This document shows positions 38,662-47,815 of a stretch of 58,666 nucleotides of DNA, piece by piece; position 1 is the stretch's first letter; each line of letters begins with the position of its first letter. The DNA comes from a virus. Taxonomy: Duplodnaviria; Caudoviricetes. Made by a program: the position numbers and the translations under genes. The stretch is taken from IMG/VR virus record IMGVR_UViG_3300028383_000267, positions 1 through 58,666 of that record; one strand, written 5' to 3'. Under the pieces are notes generated by a model, which made no database searches, had not been told where the DNA came from, and saw only the letters and a list, made by a program, of their open reading frames with translations.

Positions 38662-39239
38662 AACATTTTGGTATTGTACAAGATTTACCTATTTTAGATC
38701 TACAATCAGAGCTATATAGATTGCTAGATGAAGAAAAAATTTCTTGGGGGAATCCGGCACAGATCTGTGTAAATTGCACTAATAAAGGATCGCATGATTA
38801 TAAAGAAGGCATAGGAAGTTTGCGGTTAGATTGGGATAATCAATACACAATAATAGATAATAAAGGAAACGACAAGCTTGTTGTTCCCGAGAGAGAAACG
38901 CCAAAAAGCGAAATAGATTTTAGGTATCTTTGCGAGACGTTTAAGGACACGTTATTTGAAGATATTTACAATGCACTGAACAAAAAATACTTGCTTGGTA
39001 GGGTGCGATTAATGAAATCTCAACCAAAAACTTGTTTATCATGGCACGTTGATTATCATAAAAGGATTCATTTTCCTATAAAAACTCAGGAAGGGTGCTT
39101 TATGGTGATAGAAAACGAAGTATGTATTTTAGAAGAAGGAAAATGGTGGAAAACAAATACCACAGTTTATCACACTGCGGTAAATGCTAGTAAAGAAGAC
39201 AGGATACATCTAGTAGCCACCGTTATAGAAGAATATTAG
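38658..39239 (+). CDS. Asp/Asn beta-hydroxylase-like Fe(II)/2OG oxygenase
   Basis: GRVRLM, WHVD, RIHFPI, HTAVN, RIHLV. Confidence 0.75.
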   Translation: MKHFGIVQDLPILDLQSELYRLLDEEKISWGNPAQICVNCTNKGSHDYKEGIGSLRLDWDNQYTIIDNKGNDKLVVPERETPKSEIDFRYLCETFKDTLFEDIYNALNKKYLLGRVRLMKSQPKTCLSWHVDYHKRIHFPIKTQEGCFMVIENEVCILEEGKWWKTNTTVYHTAVNASKEDRIHLVATVIEEY

Positions 39240-39277
39240 TATCTTTGTTCAGAAATGTCTCTGTTAGACTTATAATT

Positions 39278-39285
39278 TATAAATA
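39278..39285 (+). promoter_or_regulatory. T4-consensus late promoter TATAAATA
   Basis: Exact T4 late consensus in the intergenic gap, followed by a GGAG RBS before 39307. Confidence 0.6.
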
Positions 39286-39306
39286 ATTTACAGATGGAGA
39301 AAAACA

Positions 39307-40101
39307 ATGAGTGCAGCATTAAACCTTATTAACAGACCAATCACGCTTTTCTTACTCCAATTATTAGCGCATGTATCTTTGGTTTATGCAGCATTTAATT
39401 TCAGCCTTGCAGAATTTGGTATTATCTTTTTTTTATACTTTCTTGGAGCCTGCTTCGGCGGCACAATGACCTTTCATAGACTGATTGCCCATAGAAGTTG
39501 GAATGCACCTAACTGGTTTTATTACATCGGAAGTTTGATAGGCTCTTACTTCTTAGTTGGGTCTCCTTTAGCATGGGCAAATAATCACATAGCTCATCAC
39601 AGGTATACTGACACAGACAAAGATCCACATAGTCCAAAAAAATATGGAATACTTGGCATGTTCACAAGCATGTTTCATGCCGAAAGAAAATTAAAATACG
39701 TCAGGATTAACAAATTTCAGTTAATCTTACATAGATATTACTTTTTAGGACATGCTGTGATTTTAACTTTGTTTTTGACAGTGTTTGGAATCCACACAAC
39801 CGTATTACTTTATCTTGCCCCGTCAGCTTTGGTTTGGACGATTCCTTCGTTGGTAAATCACTTCTGCCATCTAGATTACGGGTTAATGGGCAAATTGGGA
39901 CATTATAGAAATAATGAAAACCGAGACGATAGTCACAATAACATTATTTTAGGATATTTGGTTTTTGGAGAAGGTTTTCATAACAACCATCATACTAATC
40001 CTGCAAATCCTAATATGGGTGGACGACATCCTTGGGAAATTGATATAGGGTGGTTTTTCATTAATTTACTTGAAAAGAACCCAAAGGTTTATACACAATG
40101 A
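39307..40101 (+). CDS. Membrane fatty-acid (delta-9-like) desaturase
   Basis: Three His boxes HRLIAH, HIAHH..DTDKDPHSP, GEGFHNNHH; hydrophobic segments. Confidence 0.92.
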   Translation: MSAALNLINRPITLFLLQLLAHVSLVYAAFNFSLAEFGIIFFLYFLGACFGGTMTFHRLIAHRSWNAPNWFYYIGSLIGSYFLVGSPLAWANNHIAHHRYTDTDKDPHSPKKYGILGMFTSMFHAERKLKYVRINKFQLILHRYYFLGHAVILTLFLTVFGIHTTVLLYLAPSALVWTIPSLVNHFCHLDYGLMGKLGHYRNNENRDDSHNNIILGYLVFGEGFHNNHHTNPANPNMGGRHPWEIDIGWFFINLLEKNPKVYTQ

Positions 40102-40775
40102 ACGAAGCTGTTACAAAGAAATTAAAAAAATATGATCTTCCTTTAATTAAAGAAATCAGTCATGTAGATATCGACGCTGACGAATTAAAACAATATACTG
40201 CTGATTTGCATGGTAAATTCACAGATGTTAAAAGCACTAATAAAGCTTTATGTGCAGTCCATGAAAAACTAGTAAAAGATGTATATGAAAACTTTCATCA
40301 GATAAGTTTAACTACTCTTAGACCAGAGGTGTCTACGGAAATAGATATTGATGATTCTGGATCCAAGTCTAATGAAATCAAAGATAGATTAAAAAAAGCT
40401 ACATCTGGCACTTCAATAAATGAACATCTCTATGATCATAGAACGGATTTAATTGACGAAAGAATAGACAAAATTCTAAATCAATTTAAGTCAAAGGTGT
40501 CTCGAGTGAGATTAGTAAAACTTGATCCGAACACAAGCATACCTCCACACATAGACTATGATCCTTCTTATGCTACTAGAGTTATTGTGCCGGTTATTGC
40601 GCCAAAAGAATGCGTTAATGTATTTTGGTATAAGAACGAAATAAAATCATTTTACCTACAAGAAGGGAAAGCGTACTTCTTGAACACGGGATTCAGACAT
40701 GCGGTAATGAATTGGAGCAACGAACCAAGAATTACATTTATGCTCTCTCTTGACGGACAGGAAGACTTGATGTGA
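40098..40775 (+). CDS. Asp/Asn beta-hydroxylase-like Fe(II)/2OG oxygenase
   Basis: RVRLVKL, PHID, LNTG.RHAVMN, R. Confidence 0.75.
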   Translation: MNEAVTKKLKKYDLPLIKEISHVDIDADELKQYTADLHGKFTDVKSTNKALCAVHEKLVKDVYENFHQISLTTLRPEVSTEIDIDDSGSKSNEIKDRLKKATSGTSINEHLYDHRTDLIDERIDKILNQFKSKVSRVRLVKLDPNTSIPPHIDYDPSYATRVIVPVIAPKECVNVFWYKNEIKSFYLQEGKAYFLNTGFRHAVMNWSNEPRITFMLSLDGQEDLM

Positions 40776-41347
40776 TACTATCGTGGCATAAAGATGCAAA
40801 TTCACAGATTAAAAAAGAGTGGAAATTATTACAAAAAGAAATTGAATTTACAAACGATAAACTTAGAGACAATTACATTGGTATTGATCCTAATAGCTTC
40901 CTAGATTTTAATATTGTTCTTTCAGATAACAATGAAATTGAAGCATTTGCAGCAGTTCAAGATAAAGAGTGTTGGAATGGATTTAAGAGAATCGCAACAA
41001 GGCTATACATCCGCCCTAGATTCCGTAAAAGCGTCCAAGAAGGCTCGTCTTTAAACCAGTATACAAAAAAAACTTCCTATACCGCACTTCTTATTGACTA
41101 TCAATATAACAACTATAGTAATGACTGCATTTTTTTGTCAAGAGAATGCACATTTAGATCTTTTGAAAGATTTATCGAACGTTTTGATCTAAAAAACAAG
41201 TTTATTGTAGCTGACGGTTTATACAGAGTATGTGGAATAGACAGTGTTAACCCAAAATGTATACAAAAGATAGCGGTTACTAGAAATTCTATGTCTCATC
41301 TTAATAAACTTGATCACTTAATCTACGAAACACAGCAGAATACATGA
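40772..41347 (+). CDS. Hypothetical protein (possibly GNAT-like)
   Basis: RIATRLYIRPRFRK resembles GNAT motif A; weak. Confidence 0.5.
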   Translation: MILSWHKDANSQIKKEWKLLQKEIEFTNDKLRDNYIGIDPNSFLDFNIVLSDNNEIEAFAAVQDKECWNGFKRIATRLYIRPRFRKSVQEGSSLNQYTKKTSYTALLIDYQYNNYSNDCIFLSRECTFRSFERFIERFDLKNKFIVADGLYRVCGIDSVNPKCIQKIAVTRNSMSHLNKLDHLIYETQQNT

Positions 41348-42186
41348 TAGAAAACAATGTAATCAAGCAAGAGTTAATACAAAATCCTTGGGTACAGTGT
41401 CCCAACTTAGAATGTGTTAATTCTCTTCTACAAGATTTTACTGTAAAAAACTATTATAGAGGAACTGGTTTCCCTTCAGAAAGGCTACGTGAATTAGAAT
41501 TGAAATATAGAAACTGGATCAAACAGATAATAGATTTAGAGGATTTTAATTATTGTTATTTTGTGAACGGAGTTACAGACGCAATAAATCAATGGTTATT
41601 AAATGAAGATCGAGACTGGCAGTACCTTGTAGGTGATTATGAGTATGCACATGCAGTTACTGGCAAGGGTAAAAAAGTACAAAATATACAAAAAGATTTG
41701 CCATTATATATTTCTAATCCATTTTGCGCTACAGGCGATTTTATCAAAATTAATCAGTACGACTGTCCTATTATTTTAGACTGTGCATATATAGGATCTA
41801 CAGCAATACAAAAAATAGACATTCCTGTAAACACAGAACAGATTTTTTTCAGTTTTTCTAAAGGATGGGGATTGATTGGACAGAGGTTGGGACTAGTTTT
41901 TTCAAAATATAAGATACCAAGCCTTGATATAATGAAAAATGTAGAATGTTGGAATTTTAACAGTGTTGAGTTGTGCCACTTGATACTAGATAATTTTGAT
42001 CCTGATACTACATACCATATGAACAGACAAAAGCAAATTAATATATGCGATTCATGGAATTTTGAACCAAGCGACTGTTTTTTTATGGCGAAGTCCTATG
42101 ACAGAGAATACAAACCTAGGAGAAGGGTTCCTAACATAGCTAGAATTGATCTTTCTAGGTTTTTTAATGAGGAGACAACAGCATGA
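41344..42186 (+). CDS. PLP-dependent fold-type-I enzyme (aminotransferase-like)
   Basis: NGVTDAI, ISNP, ILDCAY, FSFSKGWGLIGQRLG (SxSK...G.R.G). Confidence 0.75.
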   Translation: MIENNVIKQELIQNPWVQCPNLECVNSLLQDFTVKNYYRGTGFPSERLRELELKYRNWIKQIIDLEDFNYCYFVNGVTDAINQWLLNEDRDWQYLVGDYEYAHAVTGKGKKVQNIQKDLPLYISNPFCATGDFIKINQYDCPIILDCAYIGSTAIQKIDIPVNTEQIFFSFSKGWGLIGQRLGLVFSKYKIPSLDIMKNVECWNFNSVELCHLILDNFDPDTTYHMNRQKQINICDSWNFEPSDCFFMAKSYDREYKPRRRVPNIARIDLSRFFNEETTA

Positions 42187-42998
42187 TGAAGTTGCATCGA
42201 TCTACAGAAGACGTTACTAGACTTACTAAAAGAGAATTACAAATTATTGCAAATAGAATTCAAACAGACGGCGCAGCAGTTTTTTTCGACCAAACTCTAA
42301 ATGAACGAGAGTATGTTGATTTTATTAAAAGGTTTGGCGAGTGCGAAGCACCTGGTTTTTTTATGAACATGGACGAGTACCCTGAAATTTTTAGAGTGAC
42401 AAATGAAAAAGACGATCAAGGCAACAAACTGGGAATGTTCGGCGGCGGCGAACTAGGTTGGCATAGCAACGGGAATAATCGACCAGTGATAGATAAAATC
42501 TTAGTCTCTTTACTATGTGTCCAAGGAGACCCAAACACAACTTTAAGTATATGTAATACTAGCCAGCCTTTTTATGAACTTACAAAAGACGAACAGGATT
42601 ACTGGAAGACGATTAATATTCGTCTTAAATTTGAAAATCATACAATGTACTCTTTAGACGAAGACGATCCTGAATTAGAATTTATGAGCACTTTTAACGG
42701 AAGTATTCGACCTTTGGTAAATCAGCATCCTGTTACAGGACAGTATTATTTCTATTTTCCGTATCATTCAATTAAAAAGGCCTGGGAAGGAAAAAGACAG
42801 ATAGATCACGAAGAAATAATTGAGCGACTCAAAAAAATTATCTTCAAAAGTAAATACCAATATCATCATGTATTTCAAGAAGGCGACCTCGTATTAATGG
42901 ATCAATTTACATCGTTACATCGTAGAACACCTGTACAGGGTCCTAGACTATTATATAGAACAGCAAGCGATTATAAAAATATTACTCCTCATGAGTAA
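42183..42998 (+). CDS. TauD/TfdA-family dioxygenase
   Basis: LGWHSNG, LVNQHPVTG, GDLVLMD...LHRR, RLLYR. Confidence 0.85.
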   Translation: MMKLHRSTEDVTRLTKRELQIIANRIQTDGAAVFFDQTLNEREYVDFIKRFGECEAPGFFMNMDEYPEIFRVTNEKDDQGNKLGMFGGGELGWHSNGNNRPVIDKILVSLLCVQGDPNTTLSICNTSQPFYELTKDEQDYWKTINIRLKFENHTMYSLDEDDPELEFMSTFNGSIRPLVNQHPVTGQYYFYFPYHSIKKAWEGKRQIDHEEIIERLKKIIFKSKYQYHHVFQEGDLVLMDQFTSLHRRTPVQGPRLLYRTASDYKNITPHE

Positions 42999-43014
42999 TT
43001 AATGGTTATTTTAT

Positions 43015-43596
43015 ATGACTTTGTTAAAGCAAGCAAAATGGTGCTACAAGCGGATTGAGATCAGCAATCTTTGTCGTATCCAAAGAGAACTAAATTCAGT
43101 TTTACCAAGGTACGACAACGGAAGTATTAGTTTTTCAATTATTTGGAAGAACAAGATAGAAAACCATTTGCCACTAACTAAGCAAATGCTGTTTGAGATG
43201 GGCATATTAGACAGATGGTCTCATGTGATTCTAGTAAAAATGCAAAATGACAATTGGGTTCCGCATGTAGATTGGTACGACTGGAGGGAACAATGTTTTT
43301 CTTTCAACATACCTTTGCAAAATGTCGATGGAACGTATACTGCGTTCTATGACGCAGAAATTATAGACCAAAAACCAGAAAAATCGGAACATCGTAAAGG
43401 TACTGGGGAAACTCATAGGATAGTTAATCCTAAAACAGCGAAGGAGATATGCAGAGTCGATGCAGATCAACCACTCTGGATAAACACAAGTATTCCGCAT
43501 ACTCCGTTAGTGTTTCACGATCGACCCAGAGTAAACGCTTGTTTTCGATTTAACCCAGAACTACACGATTACTTCGAGCATTATACCATTCCTTAA
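43015..43596 (+). CDS. Fe(II)/2OG oxygenase-like protein
   Basis: PHVD, FNIPL, INTSIPH, R...CFRF. Confidence 0.65.
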   Translation: MTLLKQAKWCYKRIEISNLCRIQRELNSVLPRYDNGSISFSIIWKNKIENHLPLTKQMLFEMGILDRWSHVILVKMQNDNWVPHVDWYDWREQCFSFNIPLQNVDGTYTAFYDAEIIDQKPEKSEHRKGTGETHRIVNPKTAKEICRVDADQPLWINTSIPHTPLVFHDRPRVNACFRFNPELHDYFEHYTIP

Positions 43597-44260
43597 CTTC
43601 ATCCAAGTTAGAAATAAGTGACTCTTTTTTAATATTGTTGTACAGTTTATATATAGGTTCGAAAAATTCTGTATTTCCTCTCCAAGTAAGACTGGTTTCG
43701 GACTCGATTGTTAATCTAGGATTTTCTATTAAGTCCTCGTAGAAAATATGTGAATATTTTTTCTTACTTGCAATCAACTCTTTTTTATCCTTCCAAATTC
43801 TTTCTAAATCAAAAAAATCGTCTACAGTCTGTCTTGCAACTTTTACCGGAGATGCATAAGGCTTATATTTTTTTGTGCGATTAAATACAAACGTAGTGCA
43901 TGCTAGACAAAAAGAAATAAATCTTTCCCATGTATTTTTTCTTTCACATATAATTATATCATAATTTTCAAAAATCATATCGGTAACAGGCTGCGAAAGA
44001 TGTTGGGGAAGACATTTTATTGTATATTTGTAATTATATTTTTTTAAAAGAGAAAGTCTTCTATCTATTTCTTCTTTTTGGTTCTTAAAATAACCAACAG
44101 TTTGATAAAGACCATTGCCGGTATCGTACACATAGAAATTATTTAAAAAAGTTTGGAAAAATTCGTCTTGTAATTTCGAATCATAGTCTACAGACAAATC
44201 TTTGATTGTCCTATAAAGCAGTGTTGTTCCTGAACGCATCGGTCCAATTATTGCATACAT
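43550..44260 (-). CDS. Sulfotransferase-family protein
   Basis: 5'-PSB-like IIGPMRSGTTLL, ERKN..ERFIS, FYEDL. ATG at 44260. Confidence 0.7.
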   Translation of the reverse strand: MYAIIGPMRSGTTLLYRTIKDLSVDYDSKLQDEFFQTFLNNFYVYDTGNGLYQTVGYFKNQKEEIDRRLSLLKKYNYKYTIKCLPQHLSQPVTDMIFENYDIIICERKNTWERFISFCLACTTFVFNRTKKYKPYASPVKVARQTVDDFFDLERIWKDKKELIASKKKYSHIFYEDLIENPRLTIESETSLTWRGNTEFFEPIYKLYNNIKKESLISNLDEVKEWYNARSNRVVLG

Positions 44261-44317
44261 AAAACTATTTATTGAGAAGGTCAAAGATTTTTACTAAATA
44301 AATTTTTGGAGATTAAT

Positions 44318-44926
44318 ATGAAGCAAGTTTGGTTCAGAGAATTTAATTTGAACTATCCTTTAGATAAGTTATTAGTGTTTGCTAGGAAAATTATGCTATC
44401 AGGGCCTAGTTCGCCAGTAGGACCAAGAGTGTCAAGAACACAAGTATGGTGGCCGTCTACCGCTCCTCTTGATTTTTGGCAAAGATGTGAAAAAATTGCT
44501 CCTCTTCGCAGTTATTTTGGTGATTTCGGCCCGCGGTTTGCTTCTATTTGGGAATATCCAAAGTATGATGTTCTCTCGCCGCACATAGATGATCCAGGTA
44601 AAGGGGTTACAAGCTTAATTATTCCGTTAATAGGAAGATTTAGAACTGATAGATATAAAAGTATTCATGACCTTACAGTAAATGTAAGTGCGGAATCTTT
44701 AAACAGAAGAGAGGCTACCGAAGAGCAATATAATCAAGTTTCAAAAGAAATTGATACAGAACCGTATGACAGTCACGAATATGGTCCTGGAAAGATTTTT
44801 CTTTTAAATAATTCTGTATACTTTCACGGAGGAGAACCTTTAGATGATTATAGGTTATGCATGCAGGTGTATGTCTCTCCGGATTATGATTTAGATAAAT
44901 TGTTTACAGATGATAAAAAATACTAA
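44318..44926 (+). CDS. Fe(II)/2OG oxygenase-like protein
   Basis: PHIDD, LIIPL, LNNSVYFHGG, R; GGAG RBS and TAAATA upstream. Confidence 0.6.
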   Translation: MKQVWFREFNLNYPLDKLLVFARKIMLSGPSSPVGPRVSRTQVWWPSTAPLDFWQRCEKIAPLRSYFGDFGPRFASIWEYPKYDVLSPHIDDPGKGVTSLIIPLIGRFRTDRYKSIHDLTVNVSAESLNRREATEEQYNQVSKEIDTEPYDSHEYGPGKIFLLNNSVYFHGGEPLDDYRLCMQVYVSPDYDLDKLFTDDKKY

Positions 44927-45614
44927 CGTTAAAAAAGAAGACTTTGACTATAAACCTTTGAACAAAAAGGACGGAATGCCCTGGCCAAGAATTCCTAAAG
45001 ATCCCGAAGAAATTCCCGATGATATTCCTCTTAAAGAAGAATATCTCTTGAGAACTATGGATTTCCTTGACACGCCGGAAGCTAGACCAATGTTTGAGAA
45101 ACAGGCAGATATAATTATTGAAAATAACATTAAAGGGATAGTTGATGTAGGGTGCAGAATAGGAATAGTTAACGAAATATTATATGACCGAGGTTATCAC
45201 GATTATAATTACATGGGTTTCGATACTAGTCCTCAGCCCATAGAATATGCTTCGCAATTGTGGCAATACTCACCGAATATAGAATATCGTTGCAAGAGCA
45301 TGGATGATTATGATGACATAAAAGTAGATTTTGATGCGGACTGTGTAATTTGGTCAGGAATTTTACTATATCGTCCAGACGATCATATGCGTTTATTTCA
45401 CGATATTACTGTAGATTTATATCAGGCAAAGCATGCTATTATCCAAGAACCATGCAAGGATCAAGATCATGACAAATACCCTCACGGAATGCAGTTGCAT
45501 ACTATAGATAACGAATTGTACAGGTATAAAGAAAAGTACTCTGACTATGTTGAATGGAAATTTGATTTAAACATGTTTCTAGGAAAACGCAAAGTGTGTC
45601 ATATTATTATTTAA
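44910..45614 (+). CDS. Class I SAM-dependent methyltransferase
   Basis: IVDVGCRIG (motif I), YMGFDTS, DCVIWSGILLY. Confidence 0.8.
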   Translation: MIKNTNVKKEDFDYKPLNKKDGMPWPRIPKDPEEIPDDIPLKEEYLLRTMDFLDTPEARPMFEKQADIIIENNIKGIVDVGCRIGIVNEILYDRGYHDYNYMGFDTSPQPIEYASQLWQYSPNIEYRCKSMDDYDDIKVDFDADCVIWSGILLYRPDDHMRLFHDITVDLYQAKHAIIQEPCKDQDHDKYPHGMQLHTIDNELYRYKEKYSDYVEWKFDLNMFLGKRKVCHIII

Positions 45615-46206
45615 TATTCCATTGCTTATTCCAATTATCATATTTTTCTTTCCATTTGTTTGAGGTTTCAGAATTGTATGACAGGTAGTGATTAATTGTT
45701 TTACATTCTTCTTTGAAGAAATCCGCATTATCTGGAAGCACACTATTCCAGCAATCTTTAAAGCAATGAGAATAAACCACATTGCCTCCTAGTTTATTTA
45801 TTACAGCAGTCGTTGTAGGGAAATGTCTATCGCCCGCTTCTCTATTTGAGGGTGTAAAGGTAAGCAAAATTACCGGTTTTTGAGAGAAAGGATAATTCTG
45901 TCCTAGATTACTGTTAAAGTTTGTGCAAACAACAAACCAATCTAAAAGATTCTTAAAACCGGCCGACATAAGCCCTGTCATTTCTGGCACTGCAAAGACA
46001 AAAGCATCGTAGTTGAACATCTCGGTAAACAACCTGTCTATATCTTTTGGAACCTTTTCGTCTACCCTATTTGTATCAATAACAGGAATGTCATACTTGC
46101 ACAAGGAATCAACAAGGCTAAAGCTGCACAGCTTGTTTAATAATTTTAAGCCGCGTAAATTCAATGATTCGGATGAGTGTGAAGCTGCTAATGCAAACGA
46201 CTTCAT
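45607..46206 (-). CDS. NADPH-dependent FMN reductase (flavodoxin-like)
   Basis: S.S..SLN, FAVPEMTG.MS..FKNLLDW, KPVIL. Confidence 0.8.
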   Translation of the reverse strand: MKSFALAASHSSESLNLRGLKLLNKLCSFSLVDSLCKYDIPVIDTNRVDEKVPKDIDRLFTEMFNYDAFVFAVPEMTGLMSAGFKNLLDWFVVCTNFNSNLGQNYPFSQKPVILLTFTPSNREAGDRHFPTTTAVINKLGGNVVYSHCFKDCWNSVLPDNADFFKEECKTINHYLSYNSETSNKWKEKYDNWNKQWNIK

Positions 46207-46209
46207 TAA

Positions 46210-47682
46210 TTATGCAGAAGACCCGTCGTCAAGATTGATCCATGCTCCGTTTTGGTATCCCTGAAATCTTTCACTAGTACTATTGTAGATTACCATACCA
46301 TTTACACCATCTGGACGATCTGTGTCGGTATAAGAGCCAAACTGTACAAACCCTCCTGATGTTATTGTATTGTCTACTGCATCAATAAGTACCGTTGAAT
46401 CATCACCTACAACAGTTCCCTTAAAAGCAGAAGCTTCAATGTTTCCTCTAACAATAGCAGAACCATTAACATCAAGTGTAGCTCCCGGATCGGCAATTCC
46501 TATACCTAACTGTTGGTCAAAGAAAGTTACACGGTTTCGCTCGTCAAAAAATCCATCTCCTGTAGTTGGATCTCCTCCTTGGGTTGCTGCTCCGAAAGTA
46601 ATAAAGTTCAATCCTCCGTTTATAAACGCAGTAGATGCTATTCCGTTAACATCATTTCTTTCGAAAGCTATTTCTCCGTACAATTTAAATGGCTCGTCTG
46701 TAAGATCTGTATCTGAATTACGCACTAATGCATATAATGGAAGATTGTCGTCGTCTGCAACTGATATTGTCGGTGTAACAATTGAAACATTAGATTCGAT
46801 TGTGTCTATGAGAAGTGACTTTGTCACCGAAGATAATAATAGAGTATTATCATTAGCAAGTACACTTCCTTGTAGGTCAGACAAAACTAGGGAAGCAAAG
46901 ATATCTGTAGCATTAATATCACCTGTCTGAGAATTTACAATAATTCCCGAATCTTCTGCAAAAACACTACCGGTCAAATCTGCTGTCACTGTTTCGGCAA
47001 ATATATCTATTGCATTAATATTCCCTGTGTCTGCATCTATCATTACTTGGGAGTTTTGTGCAAGTACATTTCCTTGAAGATTAGTAAAAAAAGTTTGTGT
47101 TAGGCTTTCAAAAACCAGCGCACTGTCATCAGCATAAATATCACCTATAACCGAAATATTGTCAGCCGAAATACTTCCATTAACCTCTAATCCTTCAAAA
47201 AAACCATTTCTCCATGCTGAAACATTCGATCCTAGATCATATGCTCGATCATCAGCAGGAATCAATGAACTAGAAATTTCACCACCGACAATAATGTTGT
47301 CGTCTGCTCCTGCACCTATGTTTATAACACCGGTTGCTTGAATCGAACCGTCAATATTTATATTGCCTTGGCCAATAATATTATAGCTGTTAAGATCTAA
47401 GCTAGTTCCTAAAGAGAGGCTAGTTCCTGGGCCAGGCCCACCAATATTACCGTCAATTGCAATATTACCAATACCGGTAATGTTATTTTCGTTTAGGTCT
47501 AGATTCCCTCCTAATTCAGGATCAGATTCTTGAGAAAGTGTAGATATAATGGGTTGACCACCCTGTGTTTCGCCGTCACCTATGTACAGCTCGCCCGTGT
47601 CTGTAACATAAACAGGCTCGCCTTCTGCAAACTCAAACTGCTGTCTTTCTGCGTCTGTGCCACGACGAAATTGTAACGCCAT
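46210..47682 (-). CDS. Tail fibre/virion structural protein with Mtd-N/hyaluronidase-N-like start
   Basis: MALQFRRGT..ER...AEGEP.YVTDT..LYIGDG; internal L.GSV.A.DS..L.D repeats; GMVIYN....FQGY..GAW end; highly acidic. Confidence 0.75.
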   Translation of the reverse strand: MALQFRRGTDAERQQFEFAEGEPVYVTDTGELYIGDGETQGGQPIISTLSQESDPELGGNLDLNENNITGIGNIAIDGNIGGPGPGTSLSLGTSLDLNSYNIIGQGNINIDGSIQATGVINIGAGADDNIIVGGEISSSLIPADDRAYDLGSNVSAWRNGFFEGLEVNGSISADNISVIGDIYADDSALVFESLTQTFFTNLQGNVLAQNSQVMIDADTGNINAIDIFAETVTADLTGSVFAEDSGIIVNSQTGDINATDIFASLVLSDLQGSVLANDNTLLLSSVTKSLLIDTIESNVSIVTPTISVADDDNLPLYALVRNSDTDLTDEPFKLYGEIAFERNDVNGIASTAFINGGLNFITFGAATQGGDPTTGDGFFDERNRVTFFDQQLGIGIADPGATLDVNGSAIVRGNIEASAFKGTVVGDDSTVLIDAVDNTITSGGFVQFGSYTDTDRPDGVNGMVIYNSTSERFQGYQNGAWINLDDGSSA

Positions 47683-47709
47683 CTATTTACTCCCAAACTT
47701 GACTTAATG

Positions 47710-47717
47710 TATTTATC
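47710..47717 (-). promoter_or_regulatory. Putative late promoter (GATAAATA)
   Basis: Same octamer as 4253, about 28 nt upstream of the structural gene start at 47682. Confidence 0.6.
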
Positions 47718-47732
47718 AAATCTGAGAGAAAC

Positions 47733-47815
47733 CTATCTACGTTTTTTCATGAAGATGTGGGTTCTTTTTGAGATGTCTCTCTTGACTTTTTCTGTGGTAA
47801 TTTTTTGTTAGGCAC
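47733..47815 (-). pseudogene. Collapsed/frameshifted small gene
   Basis: A GTG directly after the upstream stop gives MPNKKLPQ; a second frame gives TEKVKRDISKRTHIFMKKRR*; span 83 nt, out of frame. Confidence 0.5.

Noticed and set aside
7921-46206. Bacterial O-antigen/capsule locus
   Set aside because: No flippase, polymerase, chain-length regulator or initiating transferase; flanked by phage tail genes and contains phage late-promoter motifs.
46210-47682. Diversity-generating retroelement target (Mtd-like N-terminus)
   Set aside because: No reverse transcriptase and no TR/VR repeat pair with adenine-specific mismatches in the window.
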